This document shows, piece after piece, positions 50,748 to 63,585 of a DNA stretch of 64,000 nt (position 1 is its first letter; each line of letters opens with the position of its first letter). Both the position numbers and the translations under genes were made by a program. A model generated the notes under the pieces. That model was not told where the DNA came from. It made no database searches and saw only the letters and a program-made list of their open reading frames with translations. This DNA is from Monocercomonoides exilis PA203 (lineage: Eukaryota > Protista > Preaxostyla), in NCBI GenBank assembly GCA_001643675.2, contig LSRY02000060.1, forward strand, positions 62,001 to 126,000. The letters are read 5' to 3'.

Positions 50748-51897
50748 AGAAAATGAAAATATTACCTTTTTTTTTCATTGTTTATAGTCTGTTTTTCTCA
50801 AATTTTTGGCTGCAAAAAGTTGTATGGCCATTTTTTAGTGTAGTTATACTAGAATTTTTATTTCAGCTAGTTTTTCTATTCAATTTTTATATCTTAATTT
50901 ACATCTTAATTCCATTGTCTAATATGTATTTCTCATAAGATGCTCTTTGAGAGCTCTTGTTTTTCAACCTTCATGTATCTCTCATTGTGTTCTAAATTAT
51001 TTGTTGATTCATTAAGCATTCGCATCTGTCAATAATGAAATTTGAAGTTCTATTTTTGAAAGTTTAATTTATTTCATTCATTTCACTTTGGTATGAAAAT
51101 AAGTACTTTTTTAATTTCATTTTGTCATTTTATAGTTTTTATTATTTTGTTATTTATTCTTCAATCTTGTTATCTGTTCTTCATTAGTTCTTCTTTTGAA
51201 CAAAAACATCTAAATTCATTTGTTTCCACGAGAATGTATTTTCCTGTGACATCACCATAAACTATGATTTACTGTTGTTTTGAAGATTTTGCTTTTGTTG
51301 AGTGAAAATCGTTAAAGGAGAATTGCTTTTTATTGTTGTACATCACTTTTTACTGAACAAAAATTCATATTTTTTTTTTCATTTTGTGAATTTTAAATGC
51401 TTTTAAATTTTATTTTGAGTAAGTTCGTCTTATTTCACAACTTTTCGATTCAAAATTAACACCTATTTTATGAGGTATTTTGATTATTTACCATTTTTAT
51501 TTTTCATGGGTGTGCTTTAACTGAGCAAAGCTATATTTTATCAAGATTTGATTCATCATTTCCTATTCTTTTTTATTTTTAAGTCGTATTGATGTTTTTT
51601 AAAATATTGTGAAAGAATACTGAATTTCAACAAACTCCAAAAAGCAATTTGAAAAGGAAAAAAAAAAAAATAAAAAAATAAAAAAATAAAAAAATAAAAA
51701 AATAATAATAAAAAAAAAAGATACAAAGACGCGAATGAATGAAACTGAAAAAAAAAAAAAAAAAAAAAAAAAAATAATTTTTTCCTGATGAATGAGCTTT
51801 GTTTGCGAAAATAAAAGAAATTTAATATAGAACAAGAAGTGCAATTCATTTCGATAACATATCATCCATTCAATGAGAATAAAATCAAAGGATAGAT

Positions 51898-52246
51898 TTT
51901 GAACAAAGTCTTTTGTTTGATGAAGAATGAAATGCCAAAATTACAGATGATCTGTTTTTGTCAAAGGAAATGGAGGCATGGTTGCAACTCCTTGATGTTC
52001 CAACAGAAACAAGAACCATCACGATATTAAGAGTGTATACAGTTTATATTGGTGAATTGGAAAATCCAACACATGAAGAAAACACATTTTTAAGGAAAAA
52101 AAAAAGAGTCACAGATGGAAGCAAAAATCAGGATCACGATGTATTAATTGGAGAAAATTCAAATGAGAAAAGAAATATTTATAAGCTTTATTGGCTTGCC
52201 AATCATCCAGGATTAAATATGAATCTTGATTAAAGAAGAAAATCTG
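51898..52246 (+). pseudogene. Tyrosine recombinase (Crypton/DIRS-like) pseudogene, 5' part
   Basis: KEMEAWLQLLDVPTETRTIT...RVTDGSKNQDHDVLIG...LYWLANH resembles degenerate box I TGxR and TKG; it continues in frame at 63865 once the Merlin element and one TSD are removed. Confidence 0.55.
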
Positions 52247-52530
52247 GGCTAATGATAACTTGACGTAGTCGCTCAAATTTTGTTTTTATTAAGATTTTTT
52301 TTGCATAATAGTCAATAATGTGATTAACTAAAAGAAGTCAGCTCCGAAAATTCGAACAATCTTTTGTTTTCAGAAAAACACATTTTTTCAAAAAAATCCC
52401 ATAATATAAGTTTTTTTATTTTTTTAATTTAAAATTAAATAAAATAGAACCTATTTTCAAATGGTATGAAAAAAAATTTGATTTAGAAATAACTATTTGA
52501 CGTAGAAAGTTGCTTTTGAAAAAGATAATA

Positions 52531-53296
52531 TCAAAATTGGAAATCATCCTCAAACGATGATGCATCACCTCCATCTCCAGCTCCAAAAGGATCGATATCA
52601 TCATCCATGTTATCTTCAAATTTAATGACTGGAACATCATCATCACTTGTTTCTTTATGATCACTTTTTTCATCATCATCAATCTCCATTGTGATATCTT
52701 CCTCGGTCTCACTTTCTGATTCTTCATCGTTTTTGTTTTTTGTTGGTTTGTATTGAAAGACATGAGTTAGAAATTCATTTATAGTCAAATTTTCATCTCT
52801 TTTCCCAATGAAACTCATCAAAAAATCATCAATGAATCTTTCTTTGACTCCTGTTCGAGGGAAACTTGTTCTGAGCAAGCTCCAAGTTCCATCCATCAAA
52901 CATGTGCAAATTCCAGAGAGAGCATCACGAAAGTTGTATTTGTAACATACAGTTAATTGCTTATATCCCAACGTCTCCAGACACTGATATGCTTTCCATT
53001 CATCGGAGTATATCATCGTTCCTTCAATCACATTTGCCTGGATGATAGGAATTAAAGTGTTTTTCTTTCTATTTTTCACTCGTAGCAGTAAACATTTTCC
53101 TTTCTTTCCTTCAACGTTCCTTTCAATCATGCCAAATATCCAAATTTGTGCTTTTTTCTTTCCCTTGTGATATTTTCTTTTCGTTAATATGGCTTCGTCA
53201 ATCTCCACAATTGTTTCTTCACCGCCAAGCTTTTGAAATTTGTCACAGCATACGAGGCTAAACTTGCACGAGCAATTGAATAATAATAACTGACAG
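52531..53296 (-). pseudogene. Merlin transposase, C-terminal catalytic half
   Basis: KLGGEETIVEIDEA...KRKYHKG...WIFGMIER...TLIPIIQANVIEGTMIYSDEWKAY; the usual VNH and IE motifs read VCY and MD; 1-nt frameshift near 53240. Confidence 0.9.
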
Positions 53297-53474
53297 ATAT
53301 GGGTGATTCTTTTTGAAAAGTCGCTATGGATCAAAAATCAATCCCATGAAAGTTAATAAAAAAACACTCCGTTACCATAATACAAATGAAAATATAAAAC
53401 TCACACAGTGATGTTAGTAGGCTCATAACAAACTTCTTTATGAGAAGATATATTCTTTTTCAAAAAATTATGCA

Positions 53475-53924
53475 CAGTCTAAACCGGATATAATCACGTC
53501 GGTTTTTGCACAACTTTTTGTGACTATATCCGATTGTGATTACACACGATGATGCTTCACACAGAAAAAAATAAAAATTTATAAATAAATTAATTAATTT
53601 TGGGTCATAATTTTCATTTTTGGAAATTCTATCCAAATACACTTTTTTCACTTGCGAAATTAATTTTTTGCATCAATGCATATTGCTTTAACTTATTTGA
53701 GTATAATTTTGAAAACGCGAAATTTTGAGATTTTTGATCAAAAAATCGATTTTTCAATGAAAAAATCACCCATAATAATAAAAAATGTGATTATATATTT
53801 TCATCCCTGTGATGATATGCGATGAAAAATGAATGAAAAACTATCAAAAAATATCGGTGCATAGAAAAATGTGACTATAAACGAATGTGATTATATTCGA
53901 CGTGATTATATCCGGTTTAGACTG
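53475..53924. mobile_element. Pogo/Tigger-type MITE, 450 bp
   Basis: Perfect 27-bp TIR CAGTCTAAACCGGATATAATCACGTCG; flanks CA and TA; several internal GTGA(T/C)TATA motifs. Confidence 0.9.
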
Positions 53925-54252
53925 TATCAAATTTTTTGATCAAAATTTGAATTTTTGCTTTTCTATGTGAAAAGGGTTTTATTGCTTGAACTATTTTGCA
54001 CTTGTTGATTCATAAAATGCACAAGGTTTTTATCGATTTTATTTCATCAAAAATTAGAGATTCGTTAATTAATCAAATTCTTATTTGATTAAAAATTTTC
54101 ATTGCACAGAATGTGCCTGGAATTTTAATAAATGCGTAGATTACTCCCACAAGTTTGATAAATATGAAAAACATACATATCAAAAGGTTTTCATTCAGCT
54201 TTTATTTAAATGTTTTATTTTATTATTCTAATAAAATTATTCATTATTTTAG

Positions 54253-54780
54253 CTTGGAAAGTTTGCTGCAGATTTCAGAGCACCGTTTGTGAAGGAACTG
54301 GCGATCTGGGGTTGCACAATAGACTCGTTTGAAGGAGAAGAAGATCTTTTGTTGAGGGTTGTGAAATACCAGAGCGAGACGATATTAGTTTCTTCAGTTG
54401 CAGACAATCATGGAGATTGCAAGCAATGTGGAGGATTTGAAGCGCCTTGTGAGTCTTTGAGTGAAGGAGTTCAACACATCATACCATCACGCTATTCGCA
54501 GCTGTTGATATCGGAGCAAACAATCATCAACGGAGAATGCTGTGTGCAGAATGTTAGCATTCACTCATTGGAATCAACTTCAGCTGCTTTGGTGTATCTG
54601 AACTCAACAATTGTTGGGGATGTGGGAAGTCTAATCACAACTGCAGGGAGAATTCGTATAGAGAGAGCAAAGTTCACCTTTGGCCAGTCGTATGCGCACT
54701 CTAGCTGCGCTGCTGTTAACGGCACTAATGGAGAGCACTCGTTCTCCTTTGAAAATTTTGCATCGTCTTCTGCCTTATAG
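54253..54780 (+). pseudogene. Internal fragment of a large Cys-rich surface protein
   Basis: Follows an acceptor-like TTTTAG; ETILVSSVADNHGDCKQCGGFEAPCESLSEG resembles the YV...G.D...CG....PCKT motif of the gene at 1-1907; no start codon; ends in TAG and microsatellites. Confidence 0.65.
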
Positions 54781-55189
54781 GTCGTCCTGACATCCTCGTT
54801 TCCTACCGAGCACCATTTTCTTCAGAAGTCCCTCTTTCCGTGCAATTCAACCATCCTTTCTCTTCTTCTCCTTCTACTCCTTCTTATGCATATTATTATT
54901 ATTATTATTATAATTATAATTATAATTTTATTCCATTCATTCACCATCACACAAATCATCAAACTCATTTTATTCTTCTCATTCTTCTCATTCTCATCGC
55001 ACTGCAAGAATATTAATCGAACCTTCTTCTTCTTCTTCAAATTCTTCTTCTTCTCCTCGTTCTCCTTCTCCTCCTCCATTACCACCACCACCACCGCCGC
55101 CGCCACCACCACCACCTCCTCCTCCTCCTTCTTCTTCTTCAACTTAAAACCTGAATGAGTTTCAGAAACCTCCATCGCGTGTGTCCCCT

Positions 55190-57830
55190 TGCCACATTCA
55201 CCGTCGCTCCTCTTCTGTAAACTTCTCCTCTCATTCTCCTCTCCTCAGCTCTGATCATATCTCTCTACTTCTTCCATTGCAGTTACTCCATTTGTGCCAT
55301 CTTCTTCTTTGAAATCTTCAACAGTTTCTACCACAATTCCTTCTCGTCTATCAAAACCATCAGCTTCTGCTGCACCTTCTGCTTTCTCCTCTCCCTTAGT
55401 CACACTCTCTCAAGTGCCTGTATCATCCAGCAAGAAAACACCTCTTTCTCCTTCTCTTTCTCTTTCTCCTTTTCTCTCTCTTTCTCCTTCTGCTGTAAAA
55501 AGGAGATCCACAACCCCTCCTCCCACATCATCAGCAAACACTTATCGCCCTGTGCCTCAGACTGTTCCTGTTGCTTCAACTTCACCTCGTCCTGTGTTCT
55601 CTTCTACTGCTTCCTCTTCTTCTTCCTCTTCTTCTCTTTCTTCTGTTCCGTCAACCTCTTTCTTTTCCCAAGAACATTCGGTCTTTTCTCCACAAACAGC
55701 TGAAATTGATGAGCTTCACAACTCGTCAAAGCCTGCAGCATTTTCAATTGTTCATTCGGATGACTCTTCGAAAGGACAAACTCTTCAGTAATCCTCTTCT
55801 CCTTCTCCTTCTTCCTCTTCCTCTTCCTCTTCTTCTCTCACTCCAATATTATCTGCTGCTGCTGCATCATCTTCCTCTTCCTCTTCCTCTTCCTCTTCTC
55901 TTCTATCATCAACCTCTCTCTCTCTCAATCAACCCCCTCATTAAATAGCTCTTCTCGCAGTGTTCTCCGTCAAACCGCTCCGCTTCGCCCGCTCATCAGC
56001 CATAATTCAGCACAATATTATTCTCTTCCTTCATCTCAAGCAACTTCACTTCAACCTCTGCGCTTCTTAACTCCTCCAATGCCTCCTTCTCAGCCTCCTC
56101 CTTCTCATCCTCCGCCTCATCCGCCTCCACCTCTTTCCAACCCTCCTCCTCCTCCTCATTCTCTTCCTCCACACACGCTTCCTCCTCCTTCGAAGTCTCC
56201 TCCACCTGTTCCTCTTTCTCCTTCTGCAAGCATACTGCCTGCTTCATTTGTGTCTTTCTTTGGTACCACACAAACAAATGCTCCTTCTTCTTCGCCTTCG
56301 TTGTCGTCTTCTTCTTCTTCAGTTGGATCAACAGATGATGCAAAGATGAATTCTCTTAAGACAGGCTCTGGTTCTTACACTCCAACACCAATGTGCTCAA
56401 ATGCTGATGTTCCAGCTTCTTTCTCTTCCATCTCGTCAATTTCTTCTTCTTCTTCCAACCAGCACCCAATCTTCTCTTTCGACTCGTTCTGTTTCGATGA
56501 ATGAGTAGCCAACAGCAGCCACAACTCCGTTTTCAATGGTATCTGCTGAATTTTCGATGTCCCCTTCGCTCAAAAGACAAAGCAACGGAACCCCACAAAG
56601 ATCTGCTTATACTCCTCCTTCTTTCTCAGCAAGAAATATGCCTACAGATTTTGCGTCTGATTTTGCTCCTTCTTCTTCTTCCACTTCGAATTCTTCGAAT
56701 TCTTCTTCTTCTTCTTTGTCTTCCTCTTCTGCTTTCTCAAAGCCAAATCCTCGTTCAATCAACAAGGGATCATTCACTCTTGATATCTTTTCATCATCAT
56801 TACCTTCTTCTTCTTCTTCTTCTTCTCTGTTTGGACAGCCTTCTTCAATAAGATACTCAACCACACCGCCATTTGATTTCTTTGACAGAAAGATTTATGC
56901 TGATCTTTCCAAAAACTCTCCTTTCTCTTCTTCTCGAACACAATCGTCATCATCATCAACATCGTCATCTTCATCATTGTTCATGCCTTTCTCAACTTCA
57001 TCATCAATTTCTTCTTCTTCTTCTTCTTCCTCTTCTTCCTCTTCTTCTTCCTCTTCTCCTTCTCCTTCTGATGCATTAAACATTCCAATTTCACAACATT
57101 TCATATCAATTTGTTCAAAGCAACATTTATCTTCTTCTTCTTCACCCTCTTCACCTTCTTCACCTTATTTACTATTATTTGCTCAGAAATAAGCAAAAAG
57201 AAAACAAAACATTCTCAATGTTGACTCCATATTTGTTTCTTTCAAAGAATTTTTTGAAAGAAATTGATTGTAAAAAGAAACAGGAAATAGATGGAAAATG
57301 AGGTTGGTTGATGAAGCAAAATCAAATTTTGAAGAAAAATTGAGAATACAAAAATCGATAAATAAAGAATAAAAGAGAAAGAAGAGAAAGAGGGGTTAGA
57401 GGAAGAAGAAGAATAGAAGAAGAAGAATACGATAAGGATAATGCAAATATCAATGAAGAACATGGAAAGGCTTCGCTATTAACTCCCACAGCTACGCCAT
57501 CGTCTGCAGAAACTGCACCACTCATTGCCCATCCTCAAGAGAAAGACCAAAGAAGGTCGCTTTTTTGAGTTGCTCCTTCACAGCTTCAGCCCCAACAGCA
57601 CTCCCGGAAGCCGCACAATGTGGAACAAATTCAACCGCCCTTCTTTCTTCTCTTTCACCAACTGCACAATCAAAACATGCAGCTTTAGCACAAACTATTC
57701 CCACGTCACCTTCGATGCTGTGTAAAACTCATACTCCAAGTTGACCGATGCCATCTTGCCGCCTTCTCAATCACATAATTCAAAGACTGCAGAGCAGGAT
57801 TTTGCAGGTTAGCTTCATCACAAACATCCG
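55190..57830 (+). pseudogene. Ser/Pro-rich low-complexity protein fragments
   Basis: Chain of Ser-rich reading frames (55294-55791, ~55950-56504, 56536-57192, 57525-57725) separated by stops and frameshifts. Confidence 0.45.
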
Positions 57831-57899
57831 GAAGCTGCTTCTTCTCTGAAGTTATTCAGCAGAAACCACAGAAACACATACGCTTCCGCATCCCTTTTC

Positions 57900-59760
57900 T
57901 CCTGCTGCATCTCCTCAAACAACCAAAAGACACTTATATCTCTTCTCCGACACCTCTTCTACCACAATTCAATTATCAGGAAAACTCCAATTCTCCTCCG
58001 GTTTACTCCTTCTGCACGAATTCCCCAAACAGTTCCATCTCTGCAAAGTCCTAACGGAACAGTTCTTCCCCACACATCCTCGCACACATCACCGCCTAGT
58101 TATTCTTTTGCACCGCTTGCTTCTTCCCCAGTTACATGAACACAAATTCACCAAACCCCTATCTCTGCACGCCCATCCCCATTCAAAGATCTGCTGAAAT
58201 AAAGTCTCCGCATTACCCCCGGATCCTCGACAGCTTCCATATTAGCTAAGACTGCAGACCTATCTTCAGCAACTTCAACAAACGTTTCATCTTCACAGAC
58301 GACCGCCGCGAGTGTGGCACCCGAAGCACACGTGCTGATTTTCACGTTTCTTGTTCCAGCGACACAGACGCTGCACTCATCTGTCACTCCCACGCCATCG
58401 ACACAGCCTGCAAAGGCACCCTTCCTGCCCAGACACCCCTACCCTCAATCCACCAGGAGATGTAATAGATCACTCCGATTCTTCCCTGTCTCTGCTTTCT
58501 GTCGTCTGCTCAAGAAGCATGAACGGGCACAACACAACGTTCGCACTCCATTTACCTTTCTTTACCACTGTTGGAACCACAGTTTTCATCCAATCATCCC
58601 GCTCCCTCTCTTCGGATCGTTGTGCTGAAACAGCGGAATCCTATTCACTGCGCTTACATCTCTTTCTTCTGCCTTTTCCACCTCCTCTGCCTCCTCGTAT
58701 TCTCAGCCGAAACTTCTATTACTCATCCTCCTCCTTTCTCCATCCATCTCTCTCACCCCTTTCTCCTCTGCCATTCCTTCCCTACTCCCTCCAAAGTCCA
58801 CTTGCACCTCACGCTCTTCCAGCTCCCTAACCTGAACAACCAGCCGCTCCACCTTCTCTTCATACGACGCCTTCATTTTCTTCTGCTCCTGCTTCTTTTG
58901 TGCAAGCGCCGTCTGCTGCTTCTCAATCACCTCCTTGAACAGCGCCTTCTGCTCGCTTATCGTCTGCTCCTGCACTTTCGACAGCTCCATCAGCATCTTC
59001 GTTTCCTTCTCCATCTTGTTCATCTTCTGCCTCACACTTGCATCCACTCCTCCTTCACCACCACTGACACCAATACCACCATTGGCCCCGCACTGTTCTT
59101 CTCTGATCTCTCGCTGATCAATGATCTCGTTCCCTCGCTTCCGCATCCTCCGTCTCCTCCTCCATCACCACTATTTGCCTCTCTCTCTGCACTCGCCAGG
59201 CTCTCCACTTTCACAGAAAGCTCCTTCAAGCTTGGATTCGGGCCAAGCATCACAGCGCTGCCACCACAATGCTCGCTTCAAACTTCTCTTTGTGCTTTTT
59301 ACACAGCCCAACAGCGGAATCAACGAAGCATTAGACAGAATTTTTCGTCCACATACAGACATTAACAAAGAAGATGTCGCAAGGGAAACTTCAATTTCCT
59401 GCATCGACCTCTTGCTGTACCAACTCACCACCACGCCCTGCTGCGCGCATCGATTCTTCACTTCTCAATCCTCATATAAATCAGTTCCACCTTCTCCTTC
59501 ATCGTCACCAGCTGCTCCTTCACTTCCTTCACCTGCATCACCTCTGAGTTGTGCTTCTCGCTCAGCTCCGGAATCTTCCTCTGATCCATCCAGATGATAT
59601 TGGCCTTCTCCTTCATCTGCTCTGTCAGCCCGCTCATCCGCTTCGCCTCCTTTTCCTTTTCCAACTTCTTCTTCTTCTTTTCTTTCTTCCAGCAAATTCA
59701 GCACTATCGCTGCAGGCGACAGAACCACATCTTTCATCATCAGCCCCTCTGCCCCACAGC
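57900..59760 (-). pseudogene. Decayed paralog of the coiled-coil gene at 3549-7114
   Basis: VQEQTISEQKALFKEVIEKQQTALAQKKQEQKKMKASYEEKVERLVVQVRELEE is nearly identical at DNA level to 5197-5360; similarity extends from the ~4600 to the ~6200 equivalent positions. Confidence 0.85.
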
Positions 59761-60186
59761 CTCCAGCGCCTTTTCCGCAAACTCTCCTGCTTCATTCGCT
59801 GCAACCATTCACCTCCTCATTTTGTTGCACAGCTTCATCACTCCGCATGTCTCGACTGCTTCTATCGGTTCTCCAGCCATTCAATGACCAATGAAGCCAG
59901 GGATGGACAGGAGTATTGCAGATTGGCAGAAACGCATCCACATCAACCGCTGTTAATAACAGCTTCTTCGACGACTTCTTTCTCGGTAAATCCTCAAGTG
60001 ACGGGAGCAAAGCTACAAGAAGAATGAAAAGCATCAAACATTGAACGGACATTGCATGTTCTGTACAGCAGAGCACAGCAAGCCAATATTGAAACCTTGC
60101 AGCGTGTGCAACATCAGCAGCGACAGGAGCAGTGACAGCTTCATAACCATGCAGCTTTTGCAGCTCAGCTGCTTTCTTCACAACTA

Positions 60187-62203
60187 GGTTAGTGTTTTTA
60201 TTGGCACCATTTTTTTATTGGCACCAAATTTTTGAAGTGATAAAATTCAAAAAACACAGACTCAATTAGCAAAAATAAACAAAACTTGGGTCAAATATTC
60301 TTCGAATTTTTCTTTTTCCAGAACTTTGATCTGTAGAATTTTCTTCTTCGATATTTTCCAAATCATCATGCAAAATTCTTCTAAAAACTCTTTTCTTCTT
60401 TGACTTAATTGGAAGAGTATCTTCGATGTTTTCTGTTTCTTCTTCGGCTTCGGAACATTTCGCACTTGTTCGAATAAATATATCTTCTTCCCACTTTTCT
60501 AAGAAATCCTCATTTGTGAGCAGTTTTCCGTAAAAATCAAAACGATTTGAATAAGTGGGCAAAGGAAATGAAGAGTGTTTGGGCAATTTACGTAAAACTG
60601 GTCCTGACGATCTGAACAAAACACCACTTGCATCAAATGCATTCTTTATTACTGATGGTGCGAATGCAGAGTGAAGAGCTTGAGGAAGGATGTCTGCCAA
60701 AGCCTTTCTGTTGGAAGAAGCTGTTGAAGATTGAGGGATTTCTATTGATGAATTTAAAACCGATTTAAGAACGGCAAAAACACCTCTATCGAGAGGTTGT
60801 GAAATATGTGTTGTGTGAGGAACAAATGTGATGACATCCACATTCGATTCCATAAATTTTCTCCAAATTATAGGGTTTGCACGAGAGCTGTGCGAATCGA
60901 CGAATAGCAAACATCTCTCTTCCGTCAATTTCATCCTTTTCTTTCTTTCTAATATTTCTGGAAGAAGAACACGCAAAGAGTATCTTTCGAAGAGAGAAAA
61001 GTTCATCCAACCGTTTGTATTGCTCCACACATCAAGCGAAGGAGACAGCAGAGGTGTTAACTCTTCCGGAACATTGGAACTTGGCCAAAGCACAATTGTG
61101 GGTAAAGAAAAGCCATCCGATGCAACAGCAGCTACAAGCGTCGCGTTTCGCACCCTCGAAGGAGCAAGGCAATAGGCTGAAGGAGACTCTGAGGATGTTG
61201 CAACAAGTTTTTGTGAATTTTCGGATAATCTTAGTGATGTTTCGTCTACATTAAAGATTAACTCCCTTCGGTATTTATATTTTGAATGCAAATCATCAAG
61301 CATTTCGTACCAAGGCTTTAAAACGTCCTGACAAGATGCGGCAAGACGTTTTGAATCCAAAATTTTTGGCTTTTGTAATTTCAATTCGGGCTGATTTCGC
61401 AAGAAGGAATAAGCAGCTGATTTTGAAATTTCTTTTTTTGGTGAAGCATCTTCGAAAATCTCTGAATCTTCATCTTCAATCGCATTTTCAATCTTAATAG
61501 AATCAAATAAATATAAAAGAAAAATATTTTGCAAACCAATTCTTTTGTTTTTTTCACTGTAAGATTTGTTCCACACTTTGCTTCAATTTTAATAACGTCT
61601 GTAACAATTTCCTTTTTTTCTTTACGCAGCAATGACGGTCTTCCCACTTTGGCAACATCCCTTTCACTTTTCACAGCCTTCACTGCATGGATGAGTGTTT
61701 TTTTTGTAAATTCACCGAAGTTGGTTGCATCCACAAGCCTGGCTTTTCCGTCGATTAGAATTCGCGCCATCCTCTCTAGTCTATTTTCATAAATGCGATA
61801 GTCAATTGATGCCATTTCTGCTTGCATTTTTCTTTTTCCTTCTTCAGCTTTTTTTTTGATCATAAAAAAATCAATCAATTTTTTGGGTAATGATCAAAAA
61901 AAAAGTCCATTTTAAGCAGCCAGAAGACATTTCAAGTTTTGATATATGAAGTATTTACTCTTAAAAATTTTTGTTTATTCAATTTGTTTTTAAAAAGAAT
62001 TTGTCATGTTTTTTTCATACGATAATTTCACTAACATATTTAACTGTTGCCCCGAAATTAAATAAGCACATCTGTTAATCCAATGACGATAAAAACAATT
62101 GTTTGTACACATAATATTTGTTCCCAATATCAAATTATATCTTTCACAAAGAAATAGAAAAAAGGTGCCAATAAAAAAAAAGGTGCCAATAAAAACACTA
62201 ACC
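60187..62203 (-). mobile_element. Pogo-like DD35D DNA transposon C, 2017 bp, apparently intact
   Basis: TA|GGTTAGTGTTTTTATTGGCACC ... GGTGCCAATAAAAACACTAACC|TA, perfect for 22 bp, with a second TTTATTGGCACC copy at each end. Confidence 0.95.
60266..61863 (-). CDS. Pogo-like (DDE_1) transposase, 2 exons, ~517 aa
   Basis: Exons 61863-61537 and 61492-60266; 44-nt GTTTG...TAAG intron; IFNVDET, NGWM, LFVDSHSSR, HISQPLD; 35 residues between the second and third D; no internal stops. Confidence 0.9.
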
Positions 62204-63254
62204 TATCCTCAGCCGCCTAACGATTTCATTCATCGATGCTGCTTCAAGCGTTAAAGAAGCCTCCACCTTCTAGGCATCCGAAGGGTAAATTGGTAGTACA
62301 GACGAAAATGCTAATAACTGTTCATTCCCTGTAACCTTCTTCTCTTCTCTTATTGGATTACGGAATGGTCAAAAAGATCTGCGTGCTGCTTCACTCGAAG
62401 AAGACGAAAAAGACAAAGGCGCTGAGCGAAGAGACAACTGAATTGCTTCCACTATCGCAAGAAGCTTATTGAAACAACTTAACTCACAAAAATACAACAT
62501 CTTCTATCCCACATACACTTGATCAATGTTCAAATAAGAACGTCAAACATCACAGAAATTTATTTTTTCGATCTGATTGAAAAAAGGAACAGAATTTCTT
62601 TTAGAAGGAAATTGAAATGAGAAGAAAATATGAATAAAATAGAAAATGAAAAGTTGAAAACTATTTAAGATATGATTCATGATTTGATTCAAAACATTAG
62701 ATACCATTTCTGTTAAGAATTTTATATAAAAGTTCATTTAATTTTGAGAAATGACATGTTATTCTTCATTTATTTTTGATTTCATTTCCAATTGCTCAAT
62801 GTTAACAACTTTTTGTATTTCTTTTAATTTCAATGATGAAAGAATAGATGAAAATTTCCTATTTAATAATTTCTTTTCAAAATAATCAAATTAAAACAAG
62901 TTAAAATCTATCTGTTATTTAACATAGGAAAATAATTAATGTGGAGCCTCAATTCAAAAAAATAAAACGTTTATATGAACAGTTGAAATGAAAACAAAGA
63001 AATGTGAACAAAATATTAAGTTGCTACAAAAAACAAGAAAAACAAAATTTAATAACATTGATATGATTTGACAGAGAAAACATTATATGAAATCTGTTTT
63101 ATAGAAACGTAATATTCGGAGATAGGGTAGCAAAACTGAAAAGAATAATACTCAGCAATATATGATGGTAATGGAATGATCAACATTTTTTGATCATTTT
63201 TGATCTTCTTTTCAGATCAGTTAAACGTTTGCGACTTTTCAAAAAGAATAACCC

Positions 63255-63585
63255 ATATCCTGCTCACATTAGTTAATAAACTTGTTTGATAAATTTGTTT
63301 TCCAATATGTAAAAATAAAAAAATTCGTATAATGATCCTAATTTCCAAATGACCTCTGTTAAATGCTGTTTCAGATAGCAATGAAATACGTTTTGAACAT
63401 TTTTTGCACTTCCATCTTCTTCTGTGTCCAACTTTCTCAACCTTCATGATTGTTCTGCAATTTGCACATAATTTAGGATGAAACACATGCAAAACCTCCA
63501 TTAACCAATTCCATGTTACGTCGTTATCCCTTGAAATATTCAAAATAAAAAATATTTCATCTTTTGTATCATTAATTTTTCTCAT
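63255..63585 (-). pseudogene. Merlin transposase, N-terminal half (zinc ribbon and HTH)
   Basis: ATG 63585; CANC...WKCKKCSKRISLLSETAF; ends ...TNVSRI at the insertion junction. Confidence 0.85.

Larger units (their letters stand above)
59860..62520 (-). pseudogene. Host gene fragment interrupted by pogo element C
   Basis: Removing 60187-62203 and one TA gives ...EAASMNEIVRRLR-I-VVKKAAELQKLHGYEAV... in frame. Confidence 0.6.
53301..63254. mobile_element. Large non-autonomous TIR element (9,954 bp) carrying host-gene fragments
   Basis: TIRs GGGTGATTCTTTTTGAAAAGTCGC (53301-24) and GCGACTTTTCAAAAAGAATAACCC (63231-54), 23/24 match; ATAT on both sides; removal rejoins the two Merlin transposase halves. 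Confidence 0.8.

Noticed and set aside
53475-53924. CRISPR-like spaced repeats (also the 21-bp repeats at 48697)
   Set aside because: Repeats are short, irregularly spaced and explained by a MITE and a coding repeat; no cas genes; eukaryotic context.
53297-63258. Insertion without a TSD, which would give an uninterrupted Merlin frame (SRIYICQLLLF...)
   Set aside because: The single-ATAT junction gives SRISVSYYYSIAR, a much better fit to the Merlin S..TV..WY...R pattern, at the cost of one downstream 1-nt deletion.
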